DNA of 64,000 nt from Candidatus Bathyarchaeia archaeon (GTDB lineage: Archaea > Thermoproteota > Bathyarchaeia > Bathyarchaeales > Bathycorpusculaceae): the NCBI GenBank assembly GCA_050012255.1, contig JBEKHN010000008.1, positions 32,585-96,584 on the forward strand, in the 5' to 3' direction. The position numbers were made by a program, and so were the translations under genes. Positions 40,220-50,553 of this stretch are shown piece by piece (the first letter of the stretch is position 1; each line of letters starts with the position of its first letter). The notes beneath the pieces were generated by a model, which saw nothing but the letters and a program-made list of their open reading frames with translations, made no database searches and had not been told where the DNA came from.

Positions 40220-41560
40220 ATGGTTGGAGAAAGGCCTTTAGGACTAACTTTTCTCGCAACGTTGGAAGCCATACTGAGCGTCATCGAAATAAACATTGGG
40301 ATTCTGCTGTTCGTGGTCGGAAACCCGTTGCCAAAAGCTTTGCCAGGGCTCGATGTTGGACTGACGGGAACTGTTCTCGTTGGAACAGGAATTCTCGGAT
40401 TGTTGCTTGCCTACTATCTCTGGTCAGGACAGGCGTTCGGGTGGCTAGCTGCAACCGGGCTGGTGGTCGCGGACGCAATCGTAAGAATTCTGTTGCCTGC
40501 CATGTTCGGTGCAGCTTGGATAGCTTATGCCATTTTTCTGGAGCTGGATCTAGCGATGTTGTACTACTTGACAAGGTCTTCTACAACAACATTCTTTGGA
40601 GGCGAGAGCGTCCGCGAGGTAATTGAAAAAGAGAGAATTGAAATGCAACCAAGAATCAAGGAAATAAAGTTCACGCTGAAGCTCGTGAGGAAGAGTTCAC
40701 TGTCAATCATAGGCGCTGCGATCGTGTTTTTCTACGTTTTCATAGCGTTGCTTGCCCCCTTTCTTGCTCCACCGGGCGACTCTAGTCAGGGGGGAGACTC
40801 CATGATGATGCCGCACCGTGGAATGTCCCAGATTCCGGTTGCTCCAAACGCACAGCATCCATTTGGCACGATGCAAGGACAGTACGATATATACTACGGT
40901 TGCATCTGGGGTGCACGGTCGGCGTTACGCATAGGAATCTATGTGGCTGGCGGCTCATTAGTTATCGGTCTGGTGATAGGAATCCTCGCTGCCTACTACG
41001 GCGGGTGGATGGACGAGGTTCTGATGCGCCTTACAGACGTCGTTCTCGCGTTTCCAGGCCTGATACTTTCCATGGCCTTGATCGTGGTCCTCGTACCCAA
41101 TGGAGTCGCGAAATTGGACGCGGTGATGCTTTCGCTGGTCATTGTGGGGTGGCCAGGGTACGCAAGACTGATACGCGGAGAAATATTGAGGATCAAGAAC
41201 GAGGATTACGTGGAAGCGGCAAAATCGGTGGGTTGCTCAGATTTTCGGGTCATCGGCAGCCACGTCTTGCCAAATTCGATTTTTCCAGTCTTAATAGTGT
41301 TCACTCTGGACCTGGGAACTATCGTGTTGGCGGCGGCTGCACTGAGTTTCCTTGGGCTCGGAGCCACCCTCGGGTACGCAGACTGGGGACAGATCATTGC
41401 ACTGTCTCAGAACTGGATTTATGCGAATCCAACTGCTCCGTTTGCCTACTGGTTCACGTTCATCATACCGGGCATATTCATATCGATGTTTGTGCTGGGA
41501 TGGAACCTGCTCGGAGATGCTTTGAGAGACATTTTGGACCCAACGCTGAGGAGGAAATGA
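40220..41560 (+). CDS. oppC: Oligopeptide/dipeptide ABC permease OppC/DppC with extra N-terminal 4-TM module
   Basis: HPFGT, MRLTDVVLAFP, YVEAAKSVG, AALSFLGLG, NLLGDALRDILDP. Confidence 0.92.
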   Translation: MVGERPLGLTFLATLEAILSVIEINIGILLFVVGNPLPKALPGLDVGLTGTVLVGTGILGLLLAYYLWSGQAFGWLAATGLVVADAIVRILLPAMFGAAWIAYAIFLELDLAMLYYLTRSSTTTFFGGESVREVIEKERIEMQPRIKEIKFTLKLVRKSSLSIIGAAIVFFYVFIALLAPFLAPPGDSSQGGDSMMMPHRGMSQIPVAPNAQHPFGTMQGQYDIYYGCIWGARSALRIGIYVAGGSLVIGLVIGILAAYYGGWMDEVLMRLTDVVLAFPGLILSMALIVVLVPNGVAKLDAVMLSLVIVGWPGYARLIRGEILRIKNEDYVEAAKSVGCSDFRVIGSHVLPNSIFPVLIVFTLDLGTIVLAAAALSFLGLGATLGYADWGQIIALSQNWIYANPTAPFAYWFTFIIPGIFISMFVLGWNLLGDALRDILDPTLRRK

Positions 41561-41561
41561 A

Positions 41562-42755
41562 ATGAGTGATGACGCATTTCTTCGAATAAGAGACTTGGAT
41601 CTGAGGTTCTACACTTACGAAGGAGTAGTTGAAGCACTGGACAGGGTCAGACTGCAAATAAAGGATGGCGAAACTCTCGGAGTGGTCGGCGAAACAGGCT
41701 GCGGCAAGTCTGTAACTGGTCTTTCAGAGTTGAACCTGATCCCGCCTCCTGGAAAAATAATAGGGGGCAAGGTACTCCTGCAGAAGAATGACCAGTGGAT
41801 AAACCTGTTGCGTCAACGAGAGGCCTACCTGCAAACCGTTAGGGGAAAAGACATTTCAATGATTTTTCAGGATCCGAAGTCTGCGCTGAACCCTGTGTAC
41901 ACTGTCAGACAACAGATTTCTGAGGCCATTTTACATCACAGAAAGGAAGAGCTCTGCTTGAAACTGTTGGAAGACAGCAAGAATGCAACGGAAAGCTTGA
42001 AGCAGGGCAACCTGAGTGAACATGAAAAGGCAAAGCTGAGAAAGGCTGTACTGACCAAACGAGAAAGGCAAATGCTTAAAAGAATGATAGAAAACCCGCA
42101 AGGATTTATTCTGAGGATCGCTTCGAGAATTCCGGTTTTGAACCGTTTCAAACACAGATTCAGCAAAGAGGTCACAAAAGAGGTTGTAAGAATGCTGAAA
42201 GACATGCAAATACCGGACCCCGACAGAGTGGCAGAGATGTACCCTCATGAACTTAGCGGCGGCATGGCTCAGAGGGTCGTCGTAGCGATGGCTCTTTCTT
42301 GCAACCCGAAACTTCTGATAGCCGATGAACCAACCACCAACCTCGACGTCACAGTCCAGCTGCAGATTCTAACTCTTATAAAGGATCTTAAGAAAAAATA
42401 CGGGATGACCATTCAGTACATCACACACGACATGGGCGTTGTGGCTGAGATGTGTGACCGCGTGGCAGTCATGTACGCAGGAAACGTTGTGGAGTTGGCC
42501 GAGGTCCTCGAAATATTCAAGAATCCATTGCATCCGTACACGAAAGCGCTTCTAGAGTGCATTCCAAGGCCGGGGACGCTATTCAAGTCAATTGAAGGTT
42601 TCGTGCCCAGCTTGATAAGTCCGCCGAAAGGTTGCAGGTTTAACGACAGATGCCCCTACGCAATGGAAAAGTGCATAAGGGAGAAGCCGGAGTTCGTGAC
42701 CCCAAAGAAAGGCCATCAAGTCCTTTGTCATCTGTACGCAGGTGAGTCTCAATGA
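41562..42755 (+). CDS. oppD: Oligopeptide ABC ATPase OppD/DppD
   Basis: GETGCGKS, YPHELSGGMAQR, GCRFNDRC...C...CH tail; internal helical insertion. Confidence 0.93.
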   Translation: MSDDAFLRIRDLDLRFYTYEGVVEALDRVRLQIKDGETLGVVGETGCGKSVTGLSELNLIPPPGKIIGGKVLLQKNDQWINLLRQREAYLQTVRGKDISMIFQDPKSALNPVYTVRQQISEAILHHRKEELCLKLLEDSKNATESLKQGNLSEHEKAKLRKAVLTKRERQMLKRMIENPQGFILRIASRIPVLNRFKHRFSKEVTKEVVRMLKDMQIPDPDRVAEMYPHELSGGMAQRVVVAMALSCNPKLLIADEPTTNLDVTVQLQILTLIKDLKKKYGMTIQYITHDMGVVAEMCDRVAVMYAGNVVELAEVLEIFKNPLHPYTKALLECIPRPGTLFKSIEGFVPSLISPPKGCRFNDRCPYAMEKCIREKPEFVTPKKGHQVLCHLYAGESQ

Positions 42756-43801
42756 GCTTCATGCTTGAACTGGAGGATTTGAAGAAGCATTACGCGCTGA
42801 CGGGAGGTATTCTGCGAAGAAAGGTCGGAGCGGTCAAAGCTGTCGACGGTGTTTCCCTGACAGTGGAGAAGGGTGAAACCTTCGGCCTGGTCGGAGAATC
42901 CGGGTGTGGCAAAACCACTCTTGCGAAGACGACTCTCAGACTCTTAAACCCCAATTCTGGAAACATATTCCTTGATGTTCCTGACGAGGTTAAGGAAAGA
43001 ATAAGAACTCTGCAAAAGGAGAAAAGAGGTGGGTTCGAACTTCGCAGACTCAGAGCGCAATGGGATCTTGCTGTCTTCAAGGGGCGCAAGCTGAGAGATA
43101 TGAGGCGGAAGATGCAGATGGTGTACCAAGATCCCACGCGGTCCCTGAATCCTAGGATGCTAGTCAAGGATGTTCTCCTCGAACCCCTGGCCGTTCAAAA
43201 CATAGCTAAAGGCAATGCTGGTTTGAAAAAGGTCAGTGAGATGCTTCAGAGGGTGGGACTGAATGACAGGCACCTGTATCGGTATCCTCACGAGTTCAGC
43301 GGCGGCCAGAGGCAAAGGATCGCTATAGCCAGAGCCCTGATCACGACGCCTAGGCTGGTGTTTCTTGACGAGCCCACATCCTCGGTGGACGTGTCGGTTC
43401 GCGCTCAACTTTTAAACCTCTTTCAAGGATTGCGCAAGGATTTCGACTTAACCTACGTCTACATCAGTCACGACCTGAGCGTCGTTGAATGCATAGCTGA
43501 CAGAGTTGCAGTTATGTACCTTGGAAAGATAGTTGAGCTTGCGCGAACGTCCGAGCTTTACGAGAGGCCGCTTCATCCCTACTCAATCGCGCTCTTCTCA
43601 GCCATTCCAGTGCCTGACCCAACGCTGAAACGGAAGCGTGTTATGCTCACCGGGGAGGTTCCAAGCCCGGTTAACCCCCCAAGCGGTTGCAGATTCCACC
43701 CCAGATGCGACAGCGCTATGCAAGTGTGTCAAACTCAGGAGCCAAAGCTGATTGACGTGGGAAACGAGCACATGGTTGCCTGCCACTTATTCAACAAATA
43801 G
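42752..43801 (+). CDS. oppF: Oligopeptide ABC ATPase OppF/DppF
   Basis: GESGCGKTT, YPHEFSGGQRQR, PPSGCRFHPRC...VACH. Confidence 0.93.
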   Translation: MSFMLELEDLKKHYALTGGILRRKVGAVKAVDGVSLTVEKGETFGLVGESGCGKTTLAKTTLRLLNPNSGNIFLDVPDEVKERIRTLQKEKRGGFELRRLRAQWDLAVFKGRKLRDMRRKMQMVYQDPTRSLNPRMLVKDVLLEPLAVQNIAKGNAGLKKVSEMLQRVGLNDRHLYRYPHEFSGGQRQRIAIARALITTPRLVFLDEPTSSVDVSVRAQLLNLFQGLRKDFDLTYVYISHDLSVVECIADRVAVMYLGKIVELARTSELYERPLHPYSIALFSAIPVPDPTLKRKRVMLTGEVPSPVNPPSGCRFHPRCDSAMQVCQTQEPKLIDVGNEHMVACHLFNK

Positions 43802-44126
43802 TCAGGTTCAGATTGATGGAAGAGTCCGCTTGCATCTGGACAGGTACACATTTCTCAGAAGGGTCATTCTGGTCCTGGCAGTTCTGTCAATTGTAGATGT
43901 AGTTGCTGGTGCCTTTTTCTGGGCGTTCCATCCGACAGGGTATTTATCGGGAAAATCTTTCCCCAGGATCATTTCTGATCTTACGTTTGTGGAGGGCGCC
44001 GCCATCTTCTTTGTCGGGGGACTCTTGGCCTTCTTCCGTTCCAACCTTTCTCCTCGCGCGATAGCTTTGTTGGTCGTAGGAGCTTCCACAATGGGGCTCT
44101 CCGTGCTTTTCGGAGTGCTCTCATGA
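43752..44126 (+). CDS. Small 3-TM membrane protein (start uncertain)
   Basis: Hydrophobic ORF directly after oppF. Confidence 0.5.
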   Translation: MTWETSTWLPATYSTNSQVQIDGRVRLHLDRYTFLRRVILVLAVLSIVDVVAGAFFWAFHPTGYLSGKSFPRIISDLTFVEGAAIFFVGGLLAFFRSNLSPRAIALLVVGASTMGLSVLFGVLS

Positions 44127-44327
44127 CTTCGCAACCCGTCTGATGAATGGGCCTGAGTTGAGTATGGATGGAGCCTCGCAGCGAATACTTCATTTTGTTA
44201 ATAGTTCAGTTCAAGGGCGTTCGGCCACTGTAAAGAGGTATAGAACAATTTTCCGTAAACGCTAAATACGAGCTTGATTTATGTATTCTTGCTGAATAAA
44301 GGAGAATAGGAGATAAGAAGGGATAAC

Positions 44328-47048
44328 ATGAAAAACGTTAAATTGCTAACAATAGTTGCAACGTGTTTGCTAATGACAAGCATCTTCGCAGTTATTCCAG
44401 CGTTCTCAGTACAACCACCACTGATACCGGGCACTTACTATGTGGGAACCATAGGGCAGCCGAAAAATCTCGACCCAGCCCGCGCATACGACACCGCGAG
44501 CGGCGAGATAATACAGAACTGTTTACAAACACTGATATGGTACGGCAACAGGAACGTAATCAGTTTCAGCTCTGGCGTTGGCTACAACGTGAGCGCTTAT
44601 GACCTCGCAGACCTCTCAGTGTATAAGCCAGTGATTGCAACGGAGGTTCCGACGATAGCGAACGGAAGAATTACCTACAACGGCACGGATTACTTCTGGG
44701 TGTTCACCATCAACAGCAGCGCCACATTCCCAGCGTGGACCGCAGGGAACGGCACCGCGATGCCCGCAGCCCCTGTCACAGTGGACGACGTCGTCTACTC
44801 GTTCCAGAGACAAATGGTCTACGACTCGTCAGCCGCGCCAACCTGGATGTGGTACCAGCCAGCTTTCAATCCTGCTTGGTACACTTGGGACGACGCTTTC
44901 GGATACACATCATTCGCCAACGGCACATTTTCGGTTCCAGCGGACGAAGTAACGGCAGCCAATCTGATAAAAGCTTGGGTCTTTCCTGGCCCCGGAATAG
45001 GCAACGTTACCTTTGAATGGCACTGCCCGTACGCGGAAACTGCCATGTACCAGATCTTCTCCCAGACTTGGGGATGCATAGTTCAGAAGGCCTGGGTGAT
45101 CGATCACGGCGGCTGGGATGGTCTTTTCACACCCGGCTGGACCAACAACTACAGGCAGAAGCCGAGCAACGACTACTCCGAGCTAGACGTGTACAAAGAC
45201 CCCGCCATCTACGGTGCAGCACATGGCTCACATTACCTCACTGGGACACACGACGTACCCAACATGTTGGGCACTGGCCCGTACAAGTTCACAAGCTGGG
45301 ACAAGACGACTAGCATCTGGGAAATCGACTACAACCCGAGCTTCTGGCAAGGATTCGCGACCGCAGGCGCAGGGGACGGATTGAACTTCATACACACGGT
45401 CATTGTATCGGGAATCGCTTCTTGGCCGACGAGAAAGATGCTCTTCCTCAACGGTGAGGTAGACGCAGCAGTCGTTCCGACGTCCAACATGTACGACCTG
45501 CTCACAGACTTTTCCACCCCGATTGCAGGCATAAACATGGCATACAACATTCCAACCCTGCAAACCGACGAGTTCTTCTTCACCACGAACCTCACCGCAA
45601 CAAGCCCATACCAATCTTTCGCAGGCTACCCATCACACACTTCTGGGGCGGCAGCACTCTTCTTCGCCGACCAGAACATCAGAACGGCCTTCGCGTGGGC
45701 ATTTAACTACACGGAATACAAGAGCGCAGTGTGGTTCAATCAGATGATACAGCACGGCTCATGGTGGGCCACTGGCTTAACACCGGTCAACGCCAACGAC
45801 ACGTTCTTACCGCTCCGCAACGTCGACTTAACTCAGATGCAGTACTGGTTGGACAAGGCAGCGCTCGTTGACGGACACAACGTTTCGACAGATGGTTTCG
45901 ACGTGACCTTCCTTTACAACACCGGCAACGCCATGAGACAGATCGCATGTCAAGCACTTGCTGATTCATGGAGTACCTTGAATTCAAAGTACCACGTCAG
46001 CGTCATAGCCGTAGACTGGCCAACGTTCTTGACCTTAATGGTCACGAAGGGCATGGCAGGCTACTGCCTAGGCTGGCTGGCAGACTTCGCAGACGCAGTT
46101 GACTTCGCAGGAGTTTACATGGCCACCGGAGGTTCATTCTCAGCGTTCCAAGGACCACCTTACCCAGCAGACCAAGCAACAATCGACTTGGAAATCATCC
46201 AAGCATCGACAGCTGCAGAACCACAGCGTGTGATCCTGTACCATGACCTAGAGTCAAGGTACTGGAACAACTGCCTAAGCATAGCACTGGATCAGCCAGT
46301 CGGAAGAGCTTGGGCAAGAGACTGGGTTCAAGGACGATCGGTTAACCAACTGTGGCCAGGACTGGTCGCGTACTTCCTGTACAAGGCAATCATCGGTGTG
46401 GTTCAAAGCATTGACTTGAACATACAGAGCAGCCTGAATCCAATAGTAAACTACACGACAATCTACATCTACCAGAATCAGATGAGAGTCGGCGGCGGAC
46501 TGGGCAGCGGAATAGACCCAATAACTCCAATGAAGTATTTCCTTGACGTGCATAGAACTGAGGCCAACGGTGGCGCCATATACGCAACTATCGGTCTGAA
46601 AAGAACCCCAGGAGAATTCCCTGACGCTTCAGAATTCGCGAACGGCACATACGTCTTGGTGACCCCAGGTGGAAGCGCAAACAAGACGCTCACTTGGTAC
46701 GAGAACGGTGCGTCCCAGAAGATAACAGGAGCATCCTGGAAAGTTGGAGGCAAAGTATACACTGTGGGCGCCTCATCGTACCCGCTCACAAGCCTCGCCA
46801 ACGACACTAGCCTTAGCAACAACGAAGTCACCAACGGCACATTCCATGCTACAACACTGCCAGGAGACATCGACGGCAACGGCATAGTAGACATCTACGA
46901 CGCCCTCAAACTGTCGGCCGCCTTCGGCGCAAATGCAGGCCAAAAGAAATACAACGCCCTCGCTGACCTGAACAGTGACGCCACAATCGACATCTACGAC
47001 GCCATCATACTGGCAAGCAACTTCAACAAGGCCGTACTTACGGCGTAG
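44328..47048 (+). CDS. oppA: Family-5 ABC substrate-binding protein (OppA/DppA-like) fused to a C-terminal dockerin
   Basis: Signal peptide, LDPARAYDTASGEII, DVVYSFQR, GTGPYKF, IRTAFAWAFNY, GWLADFAD. Ends GDIDGNGIVDIYDA...ADLNSDATIDIYDAIILASNF with no TM anchor. Confidence 0.92.
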   Translation: MKNVKLLTIVATCLLMTSIFAVIPAFSVQPPLIPGTYYVGTIGQPKNLDPARAYDTASGEIIQNCLQTLIWYGNRNVISFSSGVGYNVSAYDLADLSVYKPVIATEVPTIANGRITYNGTDYFWVFTINSSATFPAWTAGNGTAMPAAPVTVDDVVYSFQRQMVYDSSAAPTWMWYQPAFNPAWYTWDDAFGYTSFANGTFSVPADEVTAANLIKAWVFPGPGIGNVTFEWHCPYAETAMYQIFSQTWGCIVQKAWVIDHGGWDGLFTPGWTNNYRQKPSNDYSELDVYKDPAIYGAAHGSHYLTGTHDVPNMLGTGPYKFTSWDKTTSIWEIDYNPSFWQGFATAGAGDGLNFIHTVIVSGIASWPTRKMLFLNGEVDAAVVPTSNMYDLLTDFSTPIAGINMAYNIPTLQTDEFFFTTNLTATSPYQSFAGYPSHTSGAAALFFADQNIRTAFAWAFNYTEYKSAVWFNQMIQHGSWWATGLTPVNANDTFLPLRNVDLTQMQYWLDKAALVDGHNVSTDGFDVTFLYNTGNAMRQIACQALADSWSTLNSKYHVSVIAVDWPTFLTLMVTKGMAGYCLGWLADFADAVDFAGVYMATGGSFSAFQGPPYPADQATIDLEIIQASTAAEPQRVILYHDLESRYWNNCLSIALDQPVGRAWARDWVQGRSVNQLWPGLVAYFLYKAIIGVVQSIDLNIQSSLNPIVNYTTIYIYQNQMRVGGGLGSGIDPITPMKYFLDVHRTEANGGAIYATIGLKRTPGEFPDASEFANGTYVLVTPGGSANKTLTWYENGASQKITGASWKVGGKVYTVGASSYPLTSLANDTSLSNNEVTNGTFHATTLPGDIDGNGIVDIYDALKLSAAFGANAGQKKYNALADLNSDATIDIYDAIILASNFNKAVLTA

Positions 47049-47091
47049 CAACAACAAACACGTAACATAAAAGGAAAAACAACCCCTTAAT

Positions 47092-47108
47092 CCCCCTTTT
47101 TTGTTTTT
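47092..47108 (+). terminator. Pyrimidine/U-tract terminator
   Basis: CCCCCTTTTTTGTTTTT after the SBP stop. Confidence 0.6.
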
Positions 47109-47198
47109 GCACTTCTCAATAAGACATTAAAAACTCGCAGAAAACACGTTGGACCTGCAAACCTTTTGCCACATCAGTCTGTCCGTGACATAGAAGAT

Positions 47199-47217
47199 AA
47201 TTCCAGAATCTTTAAAT
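47199..47217 (+). promoter_or_regulatory. ATTC-CA-GAAT box plus TATA
   Basis: AATTCCAGAATC-TTTAAAT ~50 bp before the scaffold gene; recurs at 55204 and 56266. Confidence 0.6.
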
Positions 47218-47268
47218 CCGTAGAGGGGAAACATATACCTGAAGAATAAGGAGAAGGGAGAAACAAAA

Positions 47269-49263
47269 ATGAAGAATAACTTAGCTAAAATACTATCTGC
47301 ATTAATGATCGTAACAGCTCTACTCGGATTCGCAGCAGTACTTCCAACCTTCGCAGTGAACCCACAGCCCAACGCCTACGTAATCGTAGACCCAGCATTG
47401 AACTCGTTCAACCCACCACCAGTGGTCGTGACCAGCACGTTCAACGTAAACGTCAGCCTAGTAAACATCACAAACGTCGCAGGTGTCCAGTACGAACTCA
47501 AATGGAACCCGACACTTCTGGCATGCACAGGCATCACAGAAATCCTGTTCCACACGTGGACTCCAAGCGCAAAATGGAGCAACATCAACGGTCTAGCCCT
47601 GTCCTACAACAACACAGGCGGCTACGCAGACTACGCGCAGTCATGGGTAGACCTTCCAACAGCAGAATCAGATGGCTACGCACCAGGCAACGTAACACCT
47701 AGCACGAGTCCGCCAACTACAACAGATGGAAAATGGGCGACTGCCACGTTCACCTTTAAGATTTTGGTGCTTCCAACAATGGCCGAAGGCAATCTGACAT
47801 GTGACTTCACCTTTAACTACGTCAAAATAGGTAACCCAGACGGCGACAAAATCATAGACACTCCAACGAGCACGGGCAACGCACCCATTAAGGGAACCTA
47901 CATAGTCTTTTGGGCTCCACCGTCAATACTTCCGTACTTCTCAGTGTCGTCTTGGACCGCACACAGCTTGGGCGAAGTCTTCAACATATACGTATACGTC
48001 AACAAGCTGGACCCAGGCTGGGAAGCAGTAGGCTTCGAATTCAAGCTAAGCTACAACGCTTCGCTGATGAACCTGATCAGTGTCGATCCAGGCAGTCCAT
48101 GGCTAGGTCCGTTTTCAGTCTTCCCAGATTCAGGCATACTGAACCTGACAAATAGCGGAACAGGCTGGATACAGGTCGGACGAGTTGTACTGCCCGACGG
48201 AAACGGCACATGGCACACACCGTTCCCATCTGCAGCAGACCCTAACCCAACACCTCTGGTGGTACTCACGTTCAACGCGACTATGCAAGGCGTGTTCCCA
48301 ACGGTCCTTGGATGTCCACTGCACCTCTACGACACGAAGATTGCTAACTGGATCCCGGCGCCCATCAGTCAAGGTGGTGCAGTAGACGGCGTCTACAGCA
48401 TCCTGCCATCGATTACAGGCCGCGTGATAGACATCTACACAGGATGGCCCGCGGACTTCGGTGGACAAGGACAGAACCAGCCGAGCGACATGTACTGGCC
48501 GCAGAAGGCAGTCAGCCTCTACGCAAACGTGACGTACAACGGTTGGCCCGAGCAGCAGAAAGACGTAGCCTTCCAGGTAATTGCACCGAACAATCAGACA
48601 TGGGCAATAATCTACGCTAGGACAGACGCTAACGGTATCGCATACACAACGTTCAGACTACCATGGCCATGCGACAACCCAGAACAGTGGTTCGGAATAT
48701 GGACAATCGTAGGCACAGTTGACATCGCCTGCAACATCGTGAACGACACTTTGTGGTTCCACTACGACTACTTAGTTCGCATATGGAAGCAGACAACGGA
48801 CGCTGGAAGCTACAACCACACCGACTACGTAACCGTGACCATTGGGATGCGCACATACTTGCAGCAAACCGACGCGATGTACTTGGACGAAATCACGAAC
48901 AGCACAATGGATCTAAGCAGCGTAACAGTAGTGGTCACAGCCTTCGACGAAGTTCGCGTCCCGTACGGGTTGATCGACGCGCAAGTACAGTTCACAACCC
49001 CGATCAGCGCAAACTCTACGACAGTGCCGTTCGGCGGACCGTGGCCCTACGAGAACATAACGGGCTGGTGCCACTACAAGGAAATCAACGTAACACTGAC
49101 CGTGTACATACCTAAGTTTGCAGTTGCAGGAACCTCTGAAATAGACTGCGCAGTACTGAACAACTGGCCATACTTCGGCGGAACAGTGATAAGCGGCTTC
49201 CAAGTCGACGCCACTCATTGGCTACCATACGATCCCACATTCATCAACATCTTAGCACAGTAA
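47269..49263 (+). CDS. Secreted scaffoldin-like protein: two cohesin domains plus Ig-like domains
   Basis: FNVNVSLVNITNVAGVQYELKWNPTLL and FNIYVYV...VGFEFKLSYNASLM cohesin patterns. Then a TYNGWP.QQKDVAF...RTDANG domain; no C-terminal TM. Confidence 0.8.
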   Translation: MKNNLAKILSALMIVTALLGFAAVLPTFAVNPQPNAYVIVDPALNSFNPPPVVVTSTFNVNVSLVNITNVAGVQYELKWNPTLLACTGITEILFHTWTPSAKWSNINGLALSYNNTGGYADYAQSWVDLPTAESDGYAPGNVTPSTSPPTTTDGKWATATFTFKILVLPTMAEGNLTCDFTFNYVKIGNPDGDKIIDTPTSTGNAPIKGTYIVFWAPPSILPYFSVSSWTAHSLGEVFNIYVYVNKLDPGWEAVGFEFKLSYNASLMNLISVDPGSPWLGPFSVFPDSGILNLTNSGTGWIQVGRVVLPDGNGTWHTPFPSAADPNPTPLVVLTFNATMQGVFPTVLGCPLHLYDTKIANWIPAPISQGGAVDGVYSILPSITGRVIDIYTGWPADFGGQGQNQPSDMYWPQKAVSLYANVTYNGWPEQQKDVAFQVIAPNNQTWAIIYARTDANGIAYTTFRLPWPCDNPEQWFGIWTIVGTVDIACNIVNDTLWFHYDYLVRIWKQTTDAGSYNHTDYVTVTIGMRTYLQQTDAMYLDEITNSTMDLSSVTVVVTAFDEVRVPYGLIDAQVQFTTPISANSTTVPFGGPWPYENITGWCHYKEINVTLTVYIPKFAVAGTSEIDCAVLNNWPYFGGTVISGFQVDATHWLPYDPTFINILAQ

Positions 49264-49283
49264 AAACGCTAGATAGTGGATAC

Positions 49284-49308
49284 AAAACCTCCACTTTTTT
49301 TTGTTTTC
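49284..49308 (+). terminator. U-tract terminator
   Basis: AAAACCTCCACTTTTTTTTGTTTTC; a similar AAACCTCCA..T7 occurs at 58217-58238. Confidence 0.6.
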
Positions 49309-49500
49309 AAAGACCAGCAAAAAGCCCAAACCTTAAACCATCGCACACGCAAACATTTCAAGTTTTCACAAGCAAAATAAACGTAAATTAACAACAACTT
49401 TTCACACACGTATCCTAGCCTACACAGGTTGCATTAACTGCCCTCAAGGAGAAACCGCTCGTCGTAGGAAAACTTAGCTGTAGTCGATGCAACGCGCTTG

Positions 49501-49728
49501 CTACTGGCTCTTGAGGATTTCTTCTATTATCTTGGGCAGGCTATAGCATATGAATTTCTTGATAGTCTCTGGGGGATTCTCTTCCACTAGGCCGTGAGCT
49601 GCAGTATCAAGTACGATGAATGCGCTGCTACGACCGAAAAGTGGATGGAGCACGCTGTCGATTACGCGGTTGAGTTCGCCTTTGGAGTATTTCGTCTTGT
49701 TTTTCTTTCGAGAAGGTTTTTGAGCCAA
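49501..49728 (-). CDS. Small basic hypothetical protein (ORFan cassette)
   Basis: 75 aa with Lys-rich N-terminus; GGGGTG RBS-like upstream. Confidence 0.55.
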   Translation of the reverse strand: MAQKPSRKKNKTKYSKGELNRVIDSVLHPLFGRSSAFIVLDTAAHGLVEENPPETIKKFICYSLPKIIEEILKSQ

Positions 49729-49791
49729 TTTTTCACCCCGGGAAAAAAGTGGAGGTTGTGGGGAGCGGTTGGTGGATGTTTGCGCTACAGT

Positions 49792-49950
49792 TTACGTCGT
49801 CGTTGGTGGGTCTACTAGTGTAATGAGGTCTTGGATGGTCTTCTTGTCTCTTCCCAACAGCTCTAGGCCTGTTTTCAGTTCGACTTCAGCCTGCTTCGCC
49901 AGTTCAACCCGCTGCTCTTCGGTTAAGACTCTGAAGGACTTGAAGTTCAC
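49792..49950 (-). CDS. 52-aa helical hypothetical protein (not in ORF track)
   Basis: GTG start, hand translation MNFKSFRVLTEEQRVELAKQAEVELKTGLELLGRDKKTIQDLITLVDPPTTT*. Confidence 0.5.
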   Translation of the reverse strand: MNFKSFRVLTEEQRVELAKQAEVELKTGLELLGRDKKTIQDLITLVDPPTTT

Positions 49951-50200
49951 TTATCTTCTGACCAACGGCTTTCGAGCGGTCCCAAGGGTCTGTTGTTCCT
50001 TCGAACTCTAATAGGAAGTGTGGGTCTTGCAGACCTTTCGTTAGGTGGGCCATCCATGATTCGTAGCCTCCTCGGCCGTTGAGTGTTCCAAGGAACCATT
50101 GTTTTTCCTTGCTAGACACTCCTGACAACCATCGCCACGATGCCCAACCCGCGGTCAGCTTGTGTATCCCCCTACTAGTTCTCGGATTTTGTCTACTCAT
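49904..50200 (-). CDS. 98-aa hypothetical protein (ORFan cassette)
   Basis: ATGA overlap with the upstream ORF; basic, Trp-rich N-terminus. Confidence 0.55.
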   Translation of the reverse strand: MSRQNPRTSRGIHKLTAGWASWRWLSGVSSKEKQWFLGTLNGRGGYESWMAHLTKGLQDPHFLLEFEGTTDPWDRSKAVGQKISELQVLQSLNRRAAG

Positions 50201-50553
50201 TTGGTGCTTTCACCCCCTTCTGGTTGCTGAGCGATCTGTTTTGGTTTTCGTCTGTTCTTATCATAAGCAGCGCAGAATTCGTCGAACTCCTTGCAAAGGT
50301 CAGCTTCACTGCCTATCACCGGACATGTCATTTTGGTCTGCTCCGTGTCGAGTCTTGAAGCCCAGACGGCTCGCCTGTCCTCGGGCATTTTCTGGAGGAC
50401 TTCCAGAATGCTCTTGGCATTCTCTTTGTCGCTGCAGGCTTGAGATGCTGGAACCCATTGGAATTCGCCTGTCTCGCTGAGGTAGGCGTGGATCGGAACT
50501 CCCTTCATATAATAGACGTGTTCATGTTTGGTTTTCTCTTGTGAATCACTCAT
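50197..50553 (-). CDS. 118-aa hypothetical protein (ORFan cassette)
   Basis: Start MSDSQEK at 50553 with GGAGG RBS; overlaps the stop of the upstream ORF. Confidence 0.6.
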   Translation of the reverse strand: MSDSQEKTKHEHVYYMKGVPIHAYLSETGEFQWVPASQACSDKENAKSILEVLQKMPEDRRAVWASRLDTEQTKMTCPVIGSEADLCKEFDEFCAAYDKNRRKPKQIAQQPEGGESTK

